Translations under genes and position numbers: made by a program
NCBI GenBank assembly: GCA_965223265.1
Contig: OZ244999.1
Span: forward strand, 8,992,001 to 9,056,000
Length of the DNA: 64,000 nucleotides
Reading direction: 5' to 3'
Source: Planctomycetota bacterium
GTDB taxonomy: Bacteria > Planctomycetota > UBA8108 > SXIK01
In this document: in pieces, positions 1 to 10,012 of the stretch
How the letters are laid out: each line of letters starts with the position of its first letter
Numbering within the stretch: the stretch's first letter is position 1
The notes under the pieces: generated by a model
Told to the model about the DNA's origin: nothing
The model's database searches: none
The model's input: only the letters and a program-made list of their open reading frames with translations

Positions 1-2230
1 GCTGCGTCTGGCCAAAGATTTTCAAGAAGGCGTTGCCTTCTGTTTCGCTCAGAGCGTCAGGCGCTGGCAGACGGATCGCACGGCTGCCCAGGGGCAAGTG
101 GCCTAGATCATGCGGCACGTCGAGGACGCTAGAGATGGCTTCTAAGAGCTGTTCCGCCCCGAGGAGACGCGTGCGATACGAGGCGAAGTATTTGCCACTC
201 GGATCGCCGTTTGTCGTCGGCGTCGAAACGCTCTGGTACGTGCGACTCTTCAGAATTGTCCCGAGGATGTGTCGGCGGTCGAAACCGCTGGCGGCGAAGT
301 CTTCCGCGAGAGCGTCGAGAAGAGCTGGAATCGATGCGGGGTTGCTGATGCGAAAGTCGTCGGGAGGTTCAACAATCCCACGTCCCATGACGTGCGCCCA
401 AAGGCGGTTGGCCTCCACGCGAGCGAAGAACGGATTATCCGGCGCTGTGAGCCATCGCGCGAACGCCTGACGGCGGGTGTCTTCGCCCTTGGTGCTCGAT
501 GGCGGTTCGTAGCCTGGCGCCCACGGACGAGCGGGCTTGCCCGTTCGTGGATGGATCACTTCGCCGTCACGGTTTTCCCAAATGATCGTCGCGCCGGCGC
601 GCGACGACTCTTTACGTGTAACGCGGCCGAAGAATGCCGCCATGCCGTAGTAGTTGTCCTGGGTCCAGCGCTCGAATGGGTGGTTGTGGCACTTGGCGCA
701 TTGCAGGCGTGAGCCGAGAAAAACCTGAGACGTGGCCTCCATCACCTCTTGGGGATCGCCCGCGACGCGGTAATAGTTGGCTGTCGGCACTTCGAGCGTA
801 CTGCCGCTCGACGCCAGAAGCTGCCTGGCGAATTCGTCGTAGGGAAGATTCCTCCGGAAGGCCGACTCGAGCCAGCGATGGTACTTGTGAACGCCTTCGT
901 CTCCCACGCGGGCGCTCGTCAGACGCAGGAGGTCGCCCCACTTCAGCGCCCAAAAACTCGCGTGTTCTGGCCGCTCGAGGAGCGAGTCGATGAGCTTGTT
1001 GCGTTTGCTTCGATCTGTCGACGCGACGAACTGCTCAACTTCGCTCGGCGTCGGAAGAACGCCGATGGAATCGAGGTAGACGCGCCGGACGAACGTTGCG
1101 TCGTCACACATTCCGGAGGGAACGATTCCGAGTTGGTGCAACTTCGCATCGACGATTTCATCGATATAGTTGAGAGCTGGCATAGTCGGCAACGGCGACT
1201 GGTCGCTGGGATCAACGAGCGTCACGCGAGTTGAAGCGACGTGCTCGAGGTAGCGAGCGATCACCGCGACGTCGCCGCGCCGATGTCCGGTCAACTCACC
1301 ATCTTGGTTGATGGTGCCGACGGTGTCGTCGGAGACAGAGAAGATCGTCAGGGATGTCACGTCTCGACTTGAGCCGTCGGAGAACCTCGCGACCACAGAG
1401 AATCTTTGCCTCGCGTTCGACGTCGCCAAGACTCGCGCCTTGCTCGGCCACAGCTCGATCTCAATGCACTGTCGTCCGCTGTCTTCCTCGACAGGCGCCC
1501 CTGCCGCGATCCAATCGTACAAAAGCTGATAGCCGCGATCACTCTTCCGAAGCTGTACTCCACCTTCGTGGGGAACGGCTTGAGTAGGTTTCAAGAGCAG
1601 AAGGCTCGACGCTGGATTCGTGCGGCTCAGGCGGCGAGCGTCGAATTCCTTCAAGAGGGTGTAGCGGTCTAGTTCCGGATCGAATCCACGGAGCGATAGG
1701 CGAAACCCGCCCTTGCCGCTCGGTGAGCCGTGGCACGCTCCTTGGCTGCAGCCGTGCTTCGATAGGATCGCAAGCACGTCGAACTTGAATGACGGGGGTT
1801 GGCGCACTCTAACGCGCCTTACCTCCACCTGCACATGACATTGGTGGTCTCCGTATTCGATGCGCACGGTGGCCTTGCCGTTGCCCGTCGGCCGCGCGAT
1901 GCCGTGGCGGTCGATCTTGACGACGCTTTCGTCTGACGAAACGAACCGGGCGACTGCTGTGAGGTCGCGAACCGTCGAATTTGCAGCGTCAGCTCCGGTG
2001 ACGATGATGCGCCTCTCGGCGACTGCTCCGTCGAGGATGAAACGTTCCGGCGTCGCGGAGATTCCGGGTGTGAACGAATCGCTGTTGGCATCAGCAGCAG
2101 GCGTTGATTCCTCTGCACACAATGCGATCCCAAACGCAAAAGCGAAGGCGCTAAGAGCACGACTAGGTGCGGCGCTGCGGCGGCGACACAAGCGATGGCG
2201 CAAGGTGGTTCTCCACGTGAGTTCATGCAT
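1..2230 (-). CDS. DUF1549/DUF1553 domain protein with Ig-like (Big_2) domains, 3' end runs off the window
   Basis: Translated by hand, since it is absent from the ORF track (no stop in window). ATG at 2230, then ...SFKFDVLAILSKHGCSQGACHGSPSGKGGFRLSLRGFDPELD... and, in the same frame at the window edge, AFLKIFGQTQ. These are typical planctomycete DUF1549/1553 motifs. Confidence 0.85.
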   Translation of the reverse strand, partial: MHELTWRTTLRHRLCRRRSAAPSRALSAFAFAFGIALCAEESTPAADANSDSFTPGISATPERFILDGAVAERRIIVTGADAANSTVRDLTAVARFVSSDESVVKIDRHGIARPTGNGKATVRIEYGDHQCHVQVEVRRVRVRQPPSFKFDVLAILSKHGCSQGACHGSPSGKGGFRLSLRGFDPELDRYTLLKEFDARRLSRTNPASSLLLLKPTQAVPHEGGVQLRKSDRGYQLLYDWIAAGAPVEEDSGRQCIEIELWPSKARVLATSNARQRFSVVARFSDGSSRDVTSLTIFSVSDDTVGTINQDGELTGHRRGDVAVIARYLEHVASTRVTLVDPSDQSPLPTMPALNYIDEIVDAKLHQLGIVPSGMCDDATFVRRVYLDSIGVLPTPSEVEQFVASTDRSKRNKLIDSLLERPEHASFWALKWGDLLRLTSARVGDEGVHKYHRWLESAFRRNLPYDEFARQLLASSGSTLEVPTANYYRVAGDPQEVMEATSQVFLGSRLQCAKCHNHPFERWTQDNYYGMAAFFGRVTRKESSRAGATIIWENRDGEVIHPRTGKPARPWAPGYEPPSSTKGEDTRRQAFARWLTAPDNPFFARVEANRLWAHVMGRGIVEPPDDFRISNPASIPALLDALAEDFAASGFDRRHILGTILKSRTYQSVSTPTTNGDPSGKYFASYRTRLLGAEQLLEAISSVLDVPHDLGHLPLGSRAIRLPAPDALSETEGNAFLKIFGQTQ

Positions 2231-2289
2231 GGTGTAACGGTAGCGATGTTACGAAAGCCGGAGTACCCTTGTCCATGCCGCATGAGGCC

Positions 2290-2341
2290 AAGCTGCCGTT
2301 GAAACAGCGACACGGCCGAAAACGCCCGGCCTTTCACGCCC
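2290..2341 (+). repeat. degenerate copy of the left end of the MITE at 2399-2557
   Basis: agctgccgttgaaacagcgacacggccgaaaacgcccggcctttcacgccc aligns with the MITE left end cagctcgttgaaaaagtcattcggctgagaaaccggcctcttcacgccc. Confidence 0.5.
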
Positions 2342-2398
2342 TTCTCGGCCGTGTCAGTACGCGCCGTGATCATGGAATGGAGAGACACGGAGCCTTAA

Positions 2399-2557
2399 CA
2401 GCTCGTTGAAAAAGTCATTCGGCTGAGAAACCGGCCTCTTCACGCCCAGATCAGCCGCGGCGAGCCTCGAAAATCTCGGAGATTACCTGCGTTCGCCGCG
2501 GCTGATCTGGACGCGAAGCGACCAGTTTTCAGCTCGAAGCACTTTTTCAACAGGCTG
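2399..2557. mobile_element. MITE-like non-autonomous element (159 bp)
   Basis: Terminal inverted repeats CAGCTCGTTGAAAAAGT / ACTTTTTCAACAGGCTG, TTAA on both flanks (2395-2398, 2558-2561), and an internal nested palindrome CAGATCAGCCGCGGCGA...TCGCCGCGGCTGATCTG. Confidence 0.75.
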
Positions 2558-2568
2558 TTAAACACTGA

Positions 2569-3816
2569 ATGAACATCTACGAATCGCTTGGCTTGACTCC
2601 CAGCATTAATGCGTCCGGTCCCGTGACCCGCCTGGGTGGAGCGCGTATGCCACAGCGTGTGATCGAAAGTTGGTGCGCCGCCGCCGTCGACACCGTTCCT
2701 CTCGAACTCCTCCAGGCTGCAGCTTCGCAGCGAATCGCTCGAGCCAGCGGCGCCGAGGCTGGACTGGTGACTGCGGGCGCGGCTGCGGCGTTGACACTCG
2801 GTGCTGCTGCGATCATGACTGGATACGACGTCGCGCGCATGGAGAAGCTACCGCACGCCGCGGATTTCCCCTGCGAATTCGTCGTCGCGCGCGAGCACCG
2901 CAGCGGCTACGATCATGCCGTGCGCGCTGCTGGCGCCAAACTCGTCGAGGTCGGATTCAACGAAATGGTCGCCGGTGCAGGCGTGCGACGCACTGAGGCG
3001 TGGGAATATGCTGCCGCCTTTGGCCCACGCACCGCCGGCGTGTTGTACGTCGACCTCGTCGACGGTCGGCCGCGGCTGGACGAGCTTGTCGAGGTTGCTC
3101 ACGCGCGGGGGGTGCCCGTGCTGGTCGATGCCGCGGGTCGGCTGGCCGTGCGGCAGCGGTTGCGCGCGATTCCTGCCGCCGGTGCGGACCTTGCGTGCTT
3201 CAGCGGCGGCAAGGCGCTCCGGGGGCCACAGGCGAGCGGAATTCTCTGCGGTCGTCGCGACCTCGTCGGCGCCGCCGCGCTGCAGATGCTCGACATGGAC
3301 GATCACCCTGAGCTGTGGGAGCCGCCGGAGGAGCTCATCGATCGCAATCAACTGGACGGCATGCCTCGGCACGGCATCGGTCGGGCTCTGAAGGTCGCAA
3401 AGGAAGAGATTGTGGCGCTGTTGTCGGCGCTCGAGCTCTTCGAAAGCGACGGGCCGGATGCCGGCGGCGACGATGAGCGGCGGCGTCTCGAAATGATCGC
3501 GGCGGCGATTCAGAGTGACTTGGCGTCGTCTCGGCTCGTGGAGCGCGCTAGCGAGATGGAACATGTTCGCTCGCTTGAGATCTCTATCGACGAGGCGCGT
3601 CTCGGACGCACAGCATTCGATCTGTGTCGATCGCTGCGCCGCGGCACCCCGCCCATCTACGTAGGGCACGCCGAGCTCGCCGCTGGCATGCTGGTGATCC
3701 ACCCCGCATGCCTTGACGATGGCGGCGCCGCAGAGATCGCAAGACGGCTCAATGAGGAACTTCTCGCCAGCGTCACCCCGCCTGCGGCAGCGCCTCGAAA
3801 GCGGAAACCTCGCTGA
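2569..3816 (+). CDS. SelA-like / DgaE-family PLP-dependent enzyme
   Basis: N-terminal INASGPVTRLGG, VLVDAA, PLP-lysine motif FSGGKALRGPQASG, GIGRALKV. Confidence 0.85.
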   Translation: MNIYESLGLTPSINASGPVTRLGGARMPQRVIESWCAAAVDTVPLELLQAAASQRIARASGAEAGLVTAGAAAALTLGAAAIMTGYDVARMEKLPHAADFPCEFVVAREHRSGYDHAVRAAGAKLVEVGFNEMVAGAGVRRTEAWEYAAAFGPRTAGVLYVDLVDGRPRLDELVEVAHARGVPVLVDAAGRLAVRQRLRAIPAAGADLACFSGGKALRGPQASGILCGRRDLVGAAALQMLDMDDHPELWEPPEELIDRNQLDGMPRHGIGRALKVAKEEIVALLSALELFESDGPDAGGDDERRRLEMIAAAIQSDLASSRLVERASEMEHVRSLEISIDEARLGRTAFDLCRSLRRGTPPIYVGHAELAAGMLVIHPACLDDGGAAEIARRLNEELLASVTPPAAAPRKRKPR

Positions 3817-3848
3817 CTTGACGTATTGAGTGATGTACCTTGAGCTGT

Positions 3849-5069
3849 ATGCGCGTCGCCCTTCAACACAGCGATCTCTCGACTGAGCATACGTGGCGAG
3901 GTCGTGTTCACTACGCTTGGCTCTTACTGAGTTGGATCATGGCCGCGAGTTTACCTTCGAATGTAACGGCTCAGCTCAAGTCGGGGCCTGCGGACAGTGT
4001 CGGCATGTCGGCTGAGCATCTCGCTCGCGCGTCTGCGCTCATCGAGGCTGCCGTCGAGGAAAAAAAGATCACCGCGGCGGCGCTCGTTGTCGCGCGTCGT
4101 TCGATCGTTGTCATGGCGTCAGGCTTCGGCCGTTTGCAGCCGACCGAGACAGCGCCTGAGGTGCAGCCTGATTCCGTATTTCTCCTTGCGTCGATCACCA
4201 AGCCGGTAACAGCATGTGCGCTGATGCTCCTGGTCGAAAGGGGGCTCGTCGGTCTGGAGGATCCCGTCTCCAAGTACCTGCCTGAGTTCGAGGGAGGCGA
4301 GCGCCATCTCGTCAAGGTGCGCCATCTTCTGTCGCACACTTCGGGACTTCCGGACATGCTGCCTGAGAACACGCAGCTGCGACGTGCTCACGCGCCGCTG
4401 AAGGAGTTCGTCACGCGGGCCACCAAGACCCCGCTCCTCTTTACGCCAAACACCGAGTTTAGATACCAGAGCAAAGGCACGCTGCTGGCGGCAGAGATCG
4501 TCGAGCGCGTCACGGGGAAGCCGTTGCGCGAGTTCGAGCACGAAGAGATTTTTCAGCCACTCGGTATGAATCGCAGTGCTTTGGGCCTCGGTGGAATGCG
4601 CATCGCTGACACCGTTTGGTGCGGCACTTCCATGGATTTCGGCTCGGAGGACCAGCGGCGTTTTGGGCCGAACAGTGGGTACTGGCGAGATATGGGGCAT
4701 CCATGGGGCGGCATGCACAGCTCAGCGCTTGACCTTGCGGTTCTTCTGCAAACGTTTCTGAGCGGCGGCGAGTATGGCGGTCGCCGTGTGTTCAGTCGTG
4801 CAGTTGTGCGAGAGATGACGCGGAATCACAATGGCAGCCTCGAAGCGCCTTGGGGGCTCGGATGGGCGCTCGGTCGCTCGGTGGTGTGGAACGATTTCGG
4901 GGATCTTGTTTCACCAGCGACTTTTGGGCACACGGGAGCAACCGGAACGGTCGCGTGGGCGGATCCCAGCCGTGATCTTCTCTGCGTCATTTTGACGAAT
5001 GAACGCTTCGACGGAGGCGCGTTCATGCGGCGAGTCTCCAACGTCGTCGTGGCGGCCGTGCTCGACTGA
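3849..5069 (+). CDS. serine hydrolase, beta-lactamase class C-like family (start uncertain)
   Basis: SxxK (ASITK), LLSHTSG, FRYQS, FGHTG and a hydrophobic signal-like N-terminus. Confidence 0.85.
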   Translation: MRVALQHSDLSTEHTWRGRVHYAWLLLSWIMAASLPSNVTAQLKSGPADSVGMSAEHLARASALIEAAVEEKKITAAALVVARRSIVVMASGFGRLQPTETAPEVQPDSVFLLASITKPVTACALMLLVERGLVGLEDPVSKYLPEFEGGERHLVKVRHLLSHTSGLPDMLPENTQLRRAHAPLKEFVTRATKTPLLFTPNTEFRYQSKGTLLAAEIVERVTGKPLREFEHEEIFQPLGMNRSALGLGGMRIADTVWCGTSMDFGSEDQRRFGPNSGYWRDMGHPWGGMHSSALDLAVLLQTFLSGGEYGGRRVFSRAVVREMTRNHNGSLEAPWGLGWALGRSVVWNDFGDLVSPATFGHTGATGTVAWADPSRDLLCVILTNERFDGGAFMRRVSNVVVAAVLD

Positions 5070-5116
5070 ACACTGTCGCTCTCCTTGACAGTGCTCGTCG
5101 CAGATCGAGGAGCGCA

Positions 5117-5144
5117 GCTGTTGTTAGGTGAAACAACGGTTTTT
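5117..5144 (+). terminator. possible intrinsic terminator
   Basis: GCTGTTGTT-loop-AACAACGGT hairpin followed by a T run, 48 nt after the serine hydrolase stop. Confidence 0.4.
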
Positions 5145-5505
5145 GTCAGGGAAATACACGTATATCGTTTGCTTTGCTTTAGGTTGTCTGAGTCTGCACC
5201 AACGGCGCCGGAGACATGACGCCTAAGGCAGCTGCTAGCTCTCTTTACACACTGCTTGGTCCCAGCCGGGCGCGCCCCAATGCATCAAACTGCTGATGGG
5301 ATCAATGGATGCGAAAAAGTCGAGGTCGCTGGCCACGCGTTTGCGAAGACTCTTCAGGACGGCGGTGCGGTTTCCCCCGCGCTGCTGAAGTGGAGTCGCC
5401 GAGCTCGCTCGGACGGAAGGAAACAGCAGGACGTTCAGTGGCTCTCTTGCTTCGGCTTGAGAGTCACTGCGCCTTTTCCTCGAAGCCCCACCACTTCCCG
5501 CGTGC

Positions 5506-6297
5506 CTAGCAGCCCGGTCGGCCGCGCACTGCGCCGGTGATTTCACCCGCGGCACGTGTCAAGAGGAGAAAATCCGCTCCCATCGTGAGCCACTTTGCGC
5601 CGCGGTCGGCCCACTCGCTCAGGATACTCGGGTCGGTTCCAACCGCGATGCCTGGTGGCACCCCGGCGGCGTTGGCGCGGTCGAAGACGTGACCGATCGT
5701 CTCGAGGACGTTCGGGTGGCGCGGTTCGCCTGTGTATCCCATGGAGCTGGAAAGATCGTTCGGGCCAACGACGACGGCTGTGAGGCCGGGCACAGCGACG
5801 ATCTCGTCGATGCACTCGACAGCATCTTTATGTTCGATCTGCACGATCACGATCATCGCGTCGTTCGCAGCTCTGCAGAACTCTTTGCCCGATCGACGTC
5901 CATGCTCGCCCGGCCTCTTGGGGCCGTAGCCGCGTTCACCGGCGGGCGGATAGAGCGTCGACGCCACGGCTCTGGCGACGTCATCGGCGGAACGCACCAT
6001 TGGAATGATCACACCGGCAGCGCCGGCGTCCAGCACAGGTTTCACCAAGACCGGATCGTTCCAAGGCACCCTGACGATGGGAGCCGTGTCGTAACTCTTC
6101 GCCGCCAAGATATGTCCTTGGACCGATTCGATAGTGAGTGCGCCATGTTCCATGTCGATCCAGAGGTAATCGACATCAGGGCAGAGCGCCTCGCTGACCG
6201 TCGGATCCGAGAATGTTATGCAGACGCCCATACACAACTGGCCGTCTTTCAGTTTCTGCTTGAATGAGAGCGCTTGTTCAAACATGTCGTGGATCAC
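5506..6297 (-). CDS. HpcH/HpaI family class II aldolase
   Basis: WIDMEHG, VRVPWND, LDAGAAGVIIPMV, QIE, GPNDLS; GTGA overlap with the upstream LLM gene. Confidence 0.92.
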   Translation of the reverse strand: MIHDMFEQALSFKQKLKDGQLCMGVCITFSDPTVSEALCPDVDYLWIDMEHGALTIESVQGHILAAKSYDTAPIVRVPWNDPVLVKPVLDAGAAGVIIPMVRSADDVARAVASTLYPPAGERGYGPKRPGEHGRRSGKEFCRAANDAMIVIVQIEHKDAVECIDEIVAVPGLTAVVVGPNDLSSSMGYTGEPRHPNVLETIGHVFDRANAAGVPPGIAVGTDPSILSEWADRGAKWLTMGADFLLLTRAAGEITGAVRGRPGC

Positions 6298-7400
6298 CGG
6301 GTGGCAGGGACAGCTCCGATCGCCTTGTTGAGGCGCGGCATCAGCTCGTGAGCGAACAGTTCCATACTACGAAGCCAAGATTCCTTGTCGTCCCAGTCGT
6401 AGCTCATGCATACGAGCGTGCCGAAAGGACCTGTCTCTTCCATCATCAGAAGAATCCGCCGCAGTACTTCGTCAACGTCGCCCGCGATGATTTGTTCGGT
6501 CATGAGAAAGTCAAGGTTGCAATCGGCGTCACTCATTTCGAGGTCACGCTTGTAAATCTGACGGCCTAACCCACGGTCAAAGAGCTTGCCGATGTACTCG
6601 TAGTTTTGTCCGAGAGAATTGGTTCTCGCTTTTTCTTGTGCTTCGCGGGTTGAATCGGCGAGGAAGATCGACCGTGCGATGCGCCAATCGCGTGGATCCG
6701 CTGTGCGGCCGGCCGCCGCGGCACCACTTTCATAGCTTTTCCACGTTTCCGCGACGACGTTCGAAGTGATCAAGCAGTGACTGAAAGCACCGAATCCTCG
6801 TTCGCCAGCGAGTTTCATGGTCTTCGAGTTTCGGCTCATTCCGGGCATGGAAATCGGCGGGTATGGCTTCTGAAGGGGCCGACGGATGTATCCGATGCCG
6901 GTCTCGGTATCGAGCGTCTCGTGGAGCCGGATGTTCCAGTACTTTCCTTGGAGGTCATACGGCGGATCGCTCGTCCACAACTTGAGAATCATGTCGAGCG
7001 ACTCGAGCACCATGTCTGACGCCTGCTTCATGTCGAGCCCGTAAAGCTCATGATCGGCCGTGACGCTGCCTGGGCCAAAGCAGACATTGAGCCGACCGTT
7101 TGACAGGTGATCGAGGAACGAAAGGCGACTTGCCACATAGGCGGGGTGGTGTTGATTGATGCACACTGGCGCGGGACCCATGCGGATCTTCTTGGTGTCG
7201 CCCAAGGCGCGTGCGATGAAGATCTCCGGCACAACAATCGGCTCGTAGTTCATCGTGTGATGCTCGCCGATCCAGAATTCACTGAATCCGAGCTCCTCCG
7301 CCCGAACGATGAGCTCGAGGTCTTCGTCAAGGCACTGAGCTAGCGACTTTTCCGGCGGGTGGAAAGGCATGATGAACATGCCATAGTCGATCGAATGCAT
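6294..7400 (-). CDS. LLM-class (luciferase-like) flavin-dependent oxidoreductase
   Basis: YGMFIMPFHPP, AEELGFSEFWIGEHH, LDHLSNGR; start set to ATG 7400 (MHSIDY) after GAGG. Confidence 0.9.
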   Translation of the reverse strand: MHSIDYGMFIMPFHPPEKSLAQCLDEDLELIVRAEELGFSEFWIGEHHTMNYEPIVVPEIFIARALGDTKKIRMGPAPVCINQHHPAYVASRLSFLDHLSNGRLNVCFGPGSVTADHELYGLDMKQASDMVLESLDMILKLWTSDPPYDLQGKYWNIRLHETLDTETGIGYIRRPLQKPYPPISMPGMSRNSKTMKLAGERGFGAFSHCLITSNVVAETWKSYESGAAAAGRTADPRDWRIARSIFLADSTREAQEKARTNSLGQNYEYIGKLFDRGLGRQIYKRDLEMSDADCNLDFLMTEQIIAGDVDEVLRRILLMMEETGPFGTLVCMSYDWDDKESWLRSMELFAHELMPRLNKAIGAVPATR

Positions 7401-7635
7401 CGTCAGACCCTCATGAGGCGGCCGCGACAAATAACGCCCGACGGAAGGCAACGCTCGGGCGCCGTGAATATCGTAAACGTTAGAATGAGCGTTATGGTAC
7501 CGAAGACGCGGCGTCGCGCATAGCCAGAGGCGGAGACACCTAACTCCCGCGCCCACGCGACGCCCACAAGACCGAGCGCATTCCACACCACGAATGTGCT
7601 AAATTCTCCTTTTTTCAAGAGCTGGTAACTCCCTC

Positions 7636-8607
7636 ATGACCAACAACCCTCGTACCATCGTTTGCACCGGTCCGATCACGTCTCAGGCGACAACGATCCT
7701 CGAGCCGTTCGGTGAAATCATCGTCGCATCGGATCTCCGCCCCGAGACGCTTCAGGCCCTTGTATCCGATGCCGTGGCGCTCGTTGTGCGCGGTGAAGGC
7801 GAGATCACCGCGACGATTATGGACCGCGCGCCTCGCTTGAAGGTCATCGGCCGCAGTGGTGTCGGTTACGACAACGTTGACATCGGCGCCGCCACGGAGC
7901 GCGCCATCCCGGTCGTCTACACCCCTGGAGCGGCCACGGACTCAGTGGCAGAGGCCGCGATCATGTACATGCTCGCGTTGGCGAAGAACGCCAGCATGTG
8001 GGACCGCGAGCTGAGACGTGGTAATTGGCGGAGCCGATTCGGCGCCTCGAACGGCGATCTTGGTGGTGCAACGCTGGGGATCATCGGGCTCGGCCGCATC
8101 GGCAGCAGGGTGGCGCAATTGGCGCGTCGCTTCGACGCTCGTGTCCTCGCGTACGATCCGTATGTCGAGGATGCGGCCGCGAAGAGCGTCGGGGCGTCCC
8201 TGATCGACCTCGACGCCTTGCTGCGAGAATCGGACTTTATCTCGATCCACGCGGCGTTGACTGACGAGACGCGCGGGATGATCGGCGCGGCAGCGCTCAG
8301 CCGCGTCAAGCCCGGCGCGTTTCTGATCAATTTGGCCCGGGGCGGCATCGTTTCGAGTCTGAACGATGTCGATGCGGCGCTAGAGAACGGAGCGCTCGCG
8401 GGCTGCGCGCTGGACGTCTTCGAACCGGAGCCTCCGGACGTGGGACACCCGCTGTTCCGGCGCGACAACTGTCTGTTTGCACCGCACGTTGTTGGTCTCA
8501 GTCGTGGTGCGATTGAGCGCATCTTTCGGTCGATGGCCGACGACGTCGCGGCGGTTCTCAGCGGCCGCACTCCCAAATGGGTGGTCAACCCCGAGGCGCT
8601 TGGCTGA
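7636..8607 (+). CDS. D-isomer-specific 2-hydroxyacid dehydrogenase (SerA-like, no ACT domain)
   Basis: GVGYDNVD, GIIGLGRIG, LINLARG, LDVFEPEP, APH. Confidence 0.92.
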   Translation: MTNNPRTIVCTGPITSQATTILEPFGEIIVASDLRPETLQALVSDAVALVVRGEGEITATIMDRAPRLKVIGRSGVGYDNVDIGAATERAIPVVYTPGAATDSVAEAAIMYMLALAKNASMWDRELRRGNWRSRFGASNGDLGGATLGIIGLGRIGSRVAQLARRFDARVLAYDPYVEDAAAKSVGASLIDLDALLRESDFISIHAALTDETRGMIGAAALSRVKPGAFLINLARGGIVSSLNDVDAALENGALAGCALDVFEPEPPDVGHPLFRRDNCLFAPHVVGLSRGAIERIFRSMADDVAAVLSGRTPKWVVNPEALG

Positions 8608-8622
8608 GCTTCGTCGCACGGC

Positions 8623-8661
8623 AAAAAAAAGAGAGGGAAACGAAAATCGCTTCCCTCTCTC
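8623..8661 (-). terminator. intrinsic terminator after mscS
   Basis: minus strand GAGAGAGGGAAGCGA-TTT-TCGTTTCCCTCTCT followed by a T run. Confidence 0.7.
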
Positions 8662-8713
8662 ACTCCACCACCCTCTTTCCTTTGGGCGTAGGTGATCCTG
8701 TATAGCTCGCGAG

Positions 8714-10012
8714 TTACGTCGTCGTGACCTGGTGCATGTGGACGTCTTGCTGTGGGAATGGGATTGAGATGCCTTCGGCATCGAATCGCTCCTTCACCGC
8801 GCGGGTCAGATCCCAATAGACAGCCCAATAGTCACTTGTCTTCGTCCACGGTCGGCAAACGAAATTGACCGACGAGTCTGCGAGTTCGTTCACCTTGACC
8901 ACGGGCGCGGGGTCTTTGAGGACGAGTTCGTGACTGGCGACAAGTTCCTCGAGGATCTTTTGCGCTTTCCCGATGTCGTCGTCGTACCCGATGCCAAACA
9001 CCAAGTCGACACGTCGCGTGTCGTTGCCCGTGATATTGGTGATGATTCCGCCCCAGATCGACCCGTTCGGCACGACTACATTCTGATTGTCCGGCGTCTT
9101 GAGTGTCGTCGAAACCAGACTCATCGCATCCACTTTGCCGGTCACTCCCGCGACGGTGACGACGTCGCCGATATCGTAGGGCCTGTAGAGAAGAATCATA
9201 ATGCCACACGCGAAGTTGCTGAGCGTGCCCTGAAGCGCGAAGCCAACGACGAACGCAACGCCGCCGAACGCGGCCAAAAGCGGCGTGATGTTCACTTCGA
9301 GCATCGACAGGGCAACGATCAGTCCGACGAAGAAAACGACTTTGCGTATGGTGGTGACAAAGAAATCTTTCAGCAGCGCTGAGACGTTGACACGCGACAT
9401 AGAAAGTGCCTTGGCGACGATCTTGCCGGCGATCGCAGCTAGGATCTTGAAAGCGATGAGGATGGCGACAAAGGCGGCGATGTTTTTAGCCCAGCGGATG
9501 CCACCTTCGGATGACAGTGCCCAGTTCTTCAGCGCGACCAACACCGCGCTCGGTTCCTTGACGTTTCCGAGTTCGATCGGACTCGAAACGGCGCCCATAT
9601 AATTCGAGAACGCGTTGGCTTCCTCTTCTCCGCCTTTGGATGTGAGTTCGCCCAAGACAGCCTTGAGCCGATCGGCAATTCGAGTGCGCTCGTCGGCCAG
9701 CGCCGTGATCTTCTCCATGATCTGGGACTTGGCGGCGGCATCCTCTGTCTTCATCTGCTGAACTTTTTGCGCGCTGATTTCGGAAGCCTTAGCCTTGAGC
9801 ACGCCTTTCCAAGCATCCGCGAGCTTCACGAGCTCGTCCTTGTCGAGTGGGGTCAGCTGAAGTTCCAGCTCTGCGAGGTCAATCGTCGGATCGGTGAGCC
9901 CTGGCGGCGGTGCATCCGACTGTGCGGCGAGCGGCGCCACTGTCAACCCGAGCGCGAGACCGAGGGTTCGCAACGCGCGACGGGTGCGATCGAAGAGGTT
10001 GCAATGTCTCAT
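8714..10012 (-). CDS. mscS: small-conductance mechanosensitive channel with an N-terminal exported helical extension
   Basis: GFALQGTLSNFACG, RPYDIGD, VVVPNG, RRVDLVFGIGY, GISIPFPQQDVH; signal peptide ending LAA|Q. Confidence 0.92.
   Translation of the reverse strand: MRHCNLFDRTRRALRTLGLALGLTVAPLAAQSDAPPPGLTDPTIDLAELELQLTPLDKDELVKLADAWKGVLKAKASEISAQKVQQMKTEDAAAKSQIMEKITALADERTRIADRLKAVLGELTSKGGEEEANAFSNYMGAVSSPIELGNVKEPSAVLVALKNWALSSEGGIRWAKNIAAFVAILIAFKILAAIAGKIVAKALSMSRVNVSALLKDFFVTTIRKVVFFVGLIVALSMLEVNITPLLAAFGGVAFVVGFALQGTLSNFACGIMILLYRPYDIGDVVTVAGVTGKVDAMSLVSTTLKTPDNQNVVVPNGSIWGGIITNITGNDTRRVDLVFGIGYDDDIGKAQKILEELVASHELVLKDPAPVVKVNELADSSVNFVCRPWTKTSDYWAVYWDLTRAVKERFDAEGISIPFPQQDVHMHQVTTT

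Noticed and set aside
2569-3816. True selenocysteine synthase selA
   Set aside because: No selB, selC or selD nearby, and the motifs fit the SelA-like/DgaE branch better.
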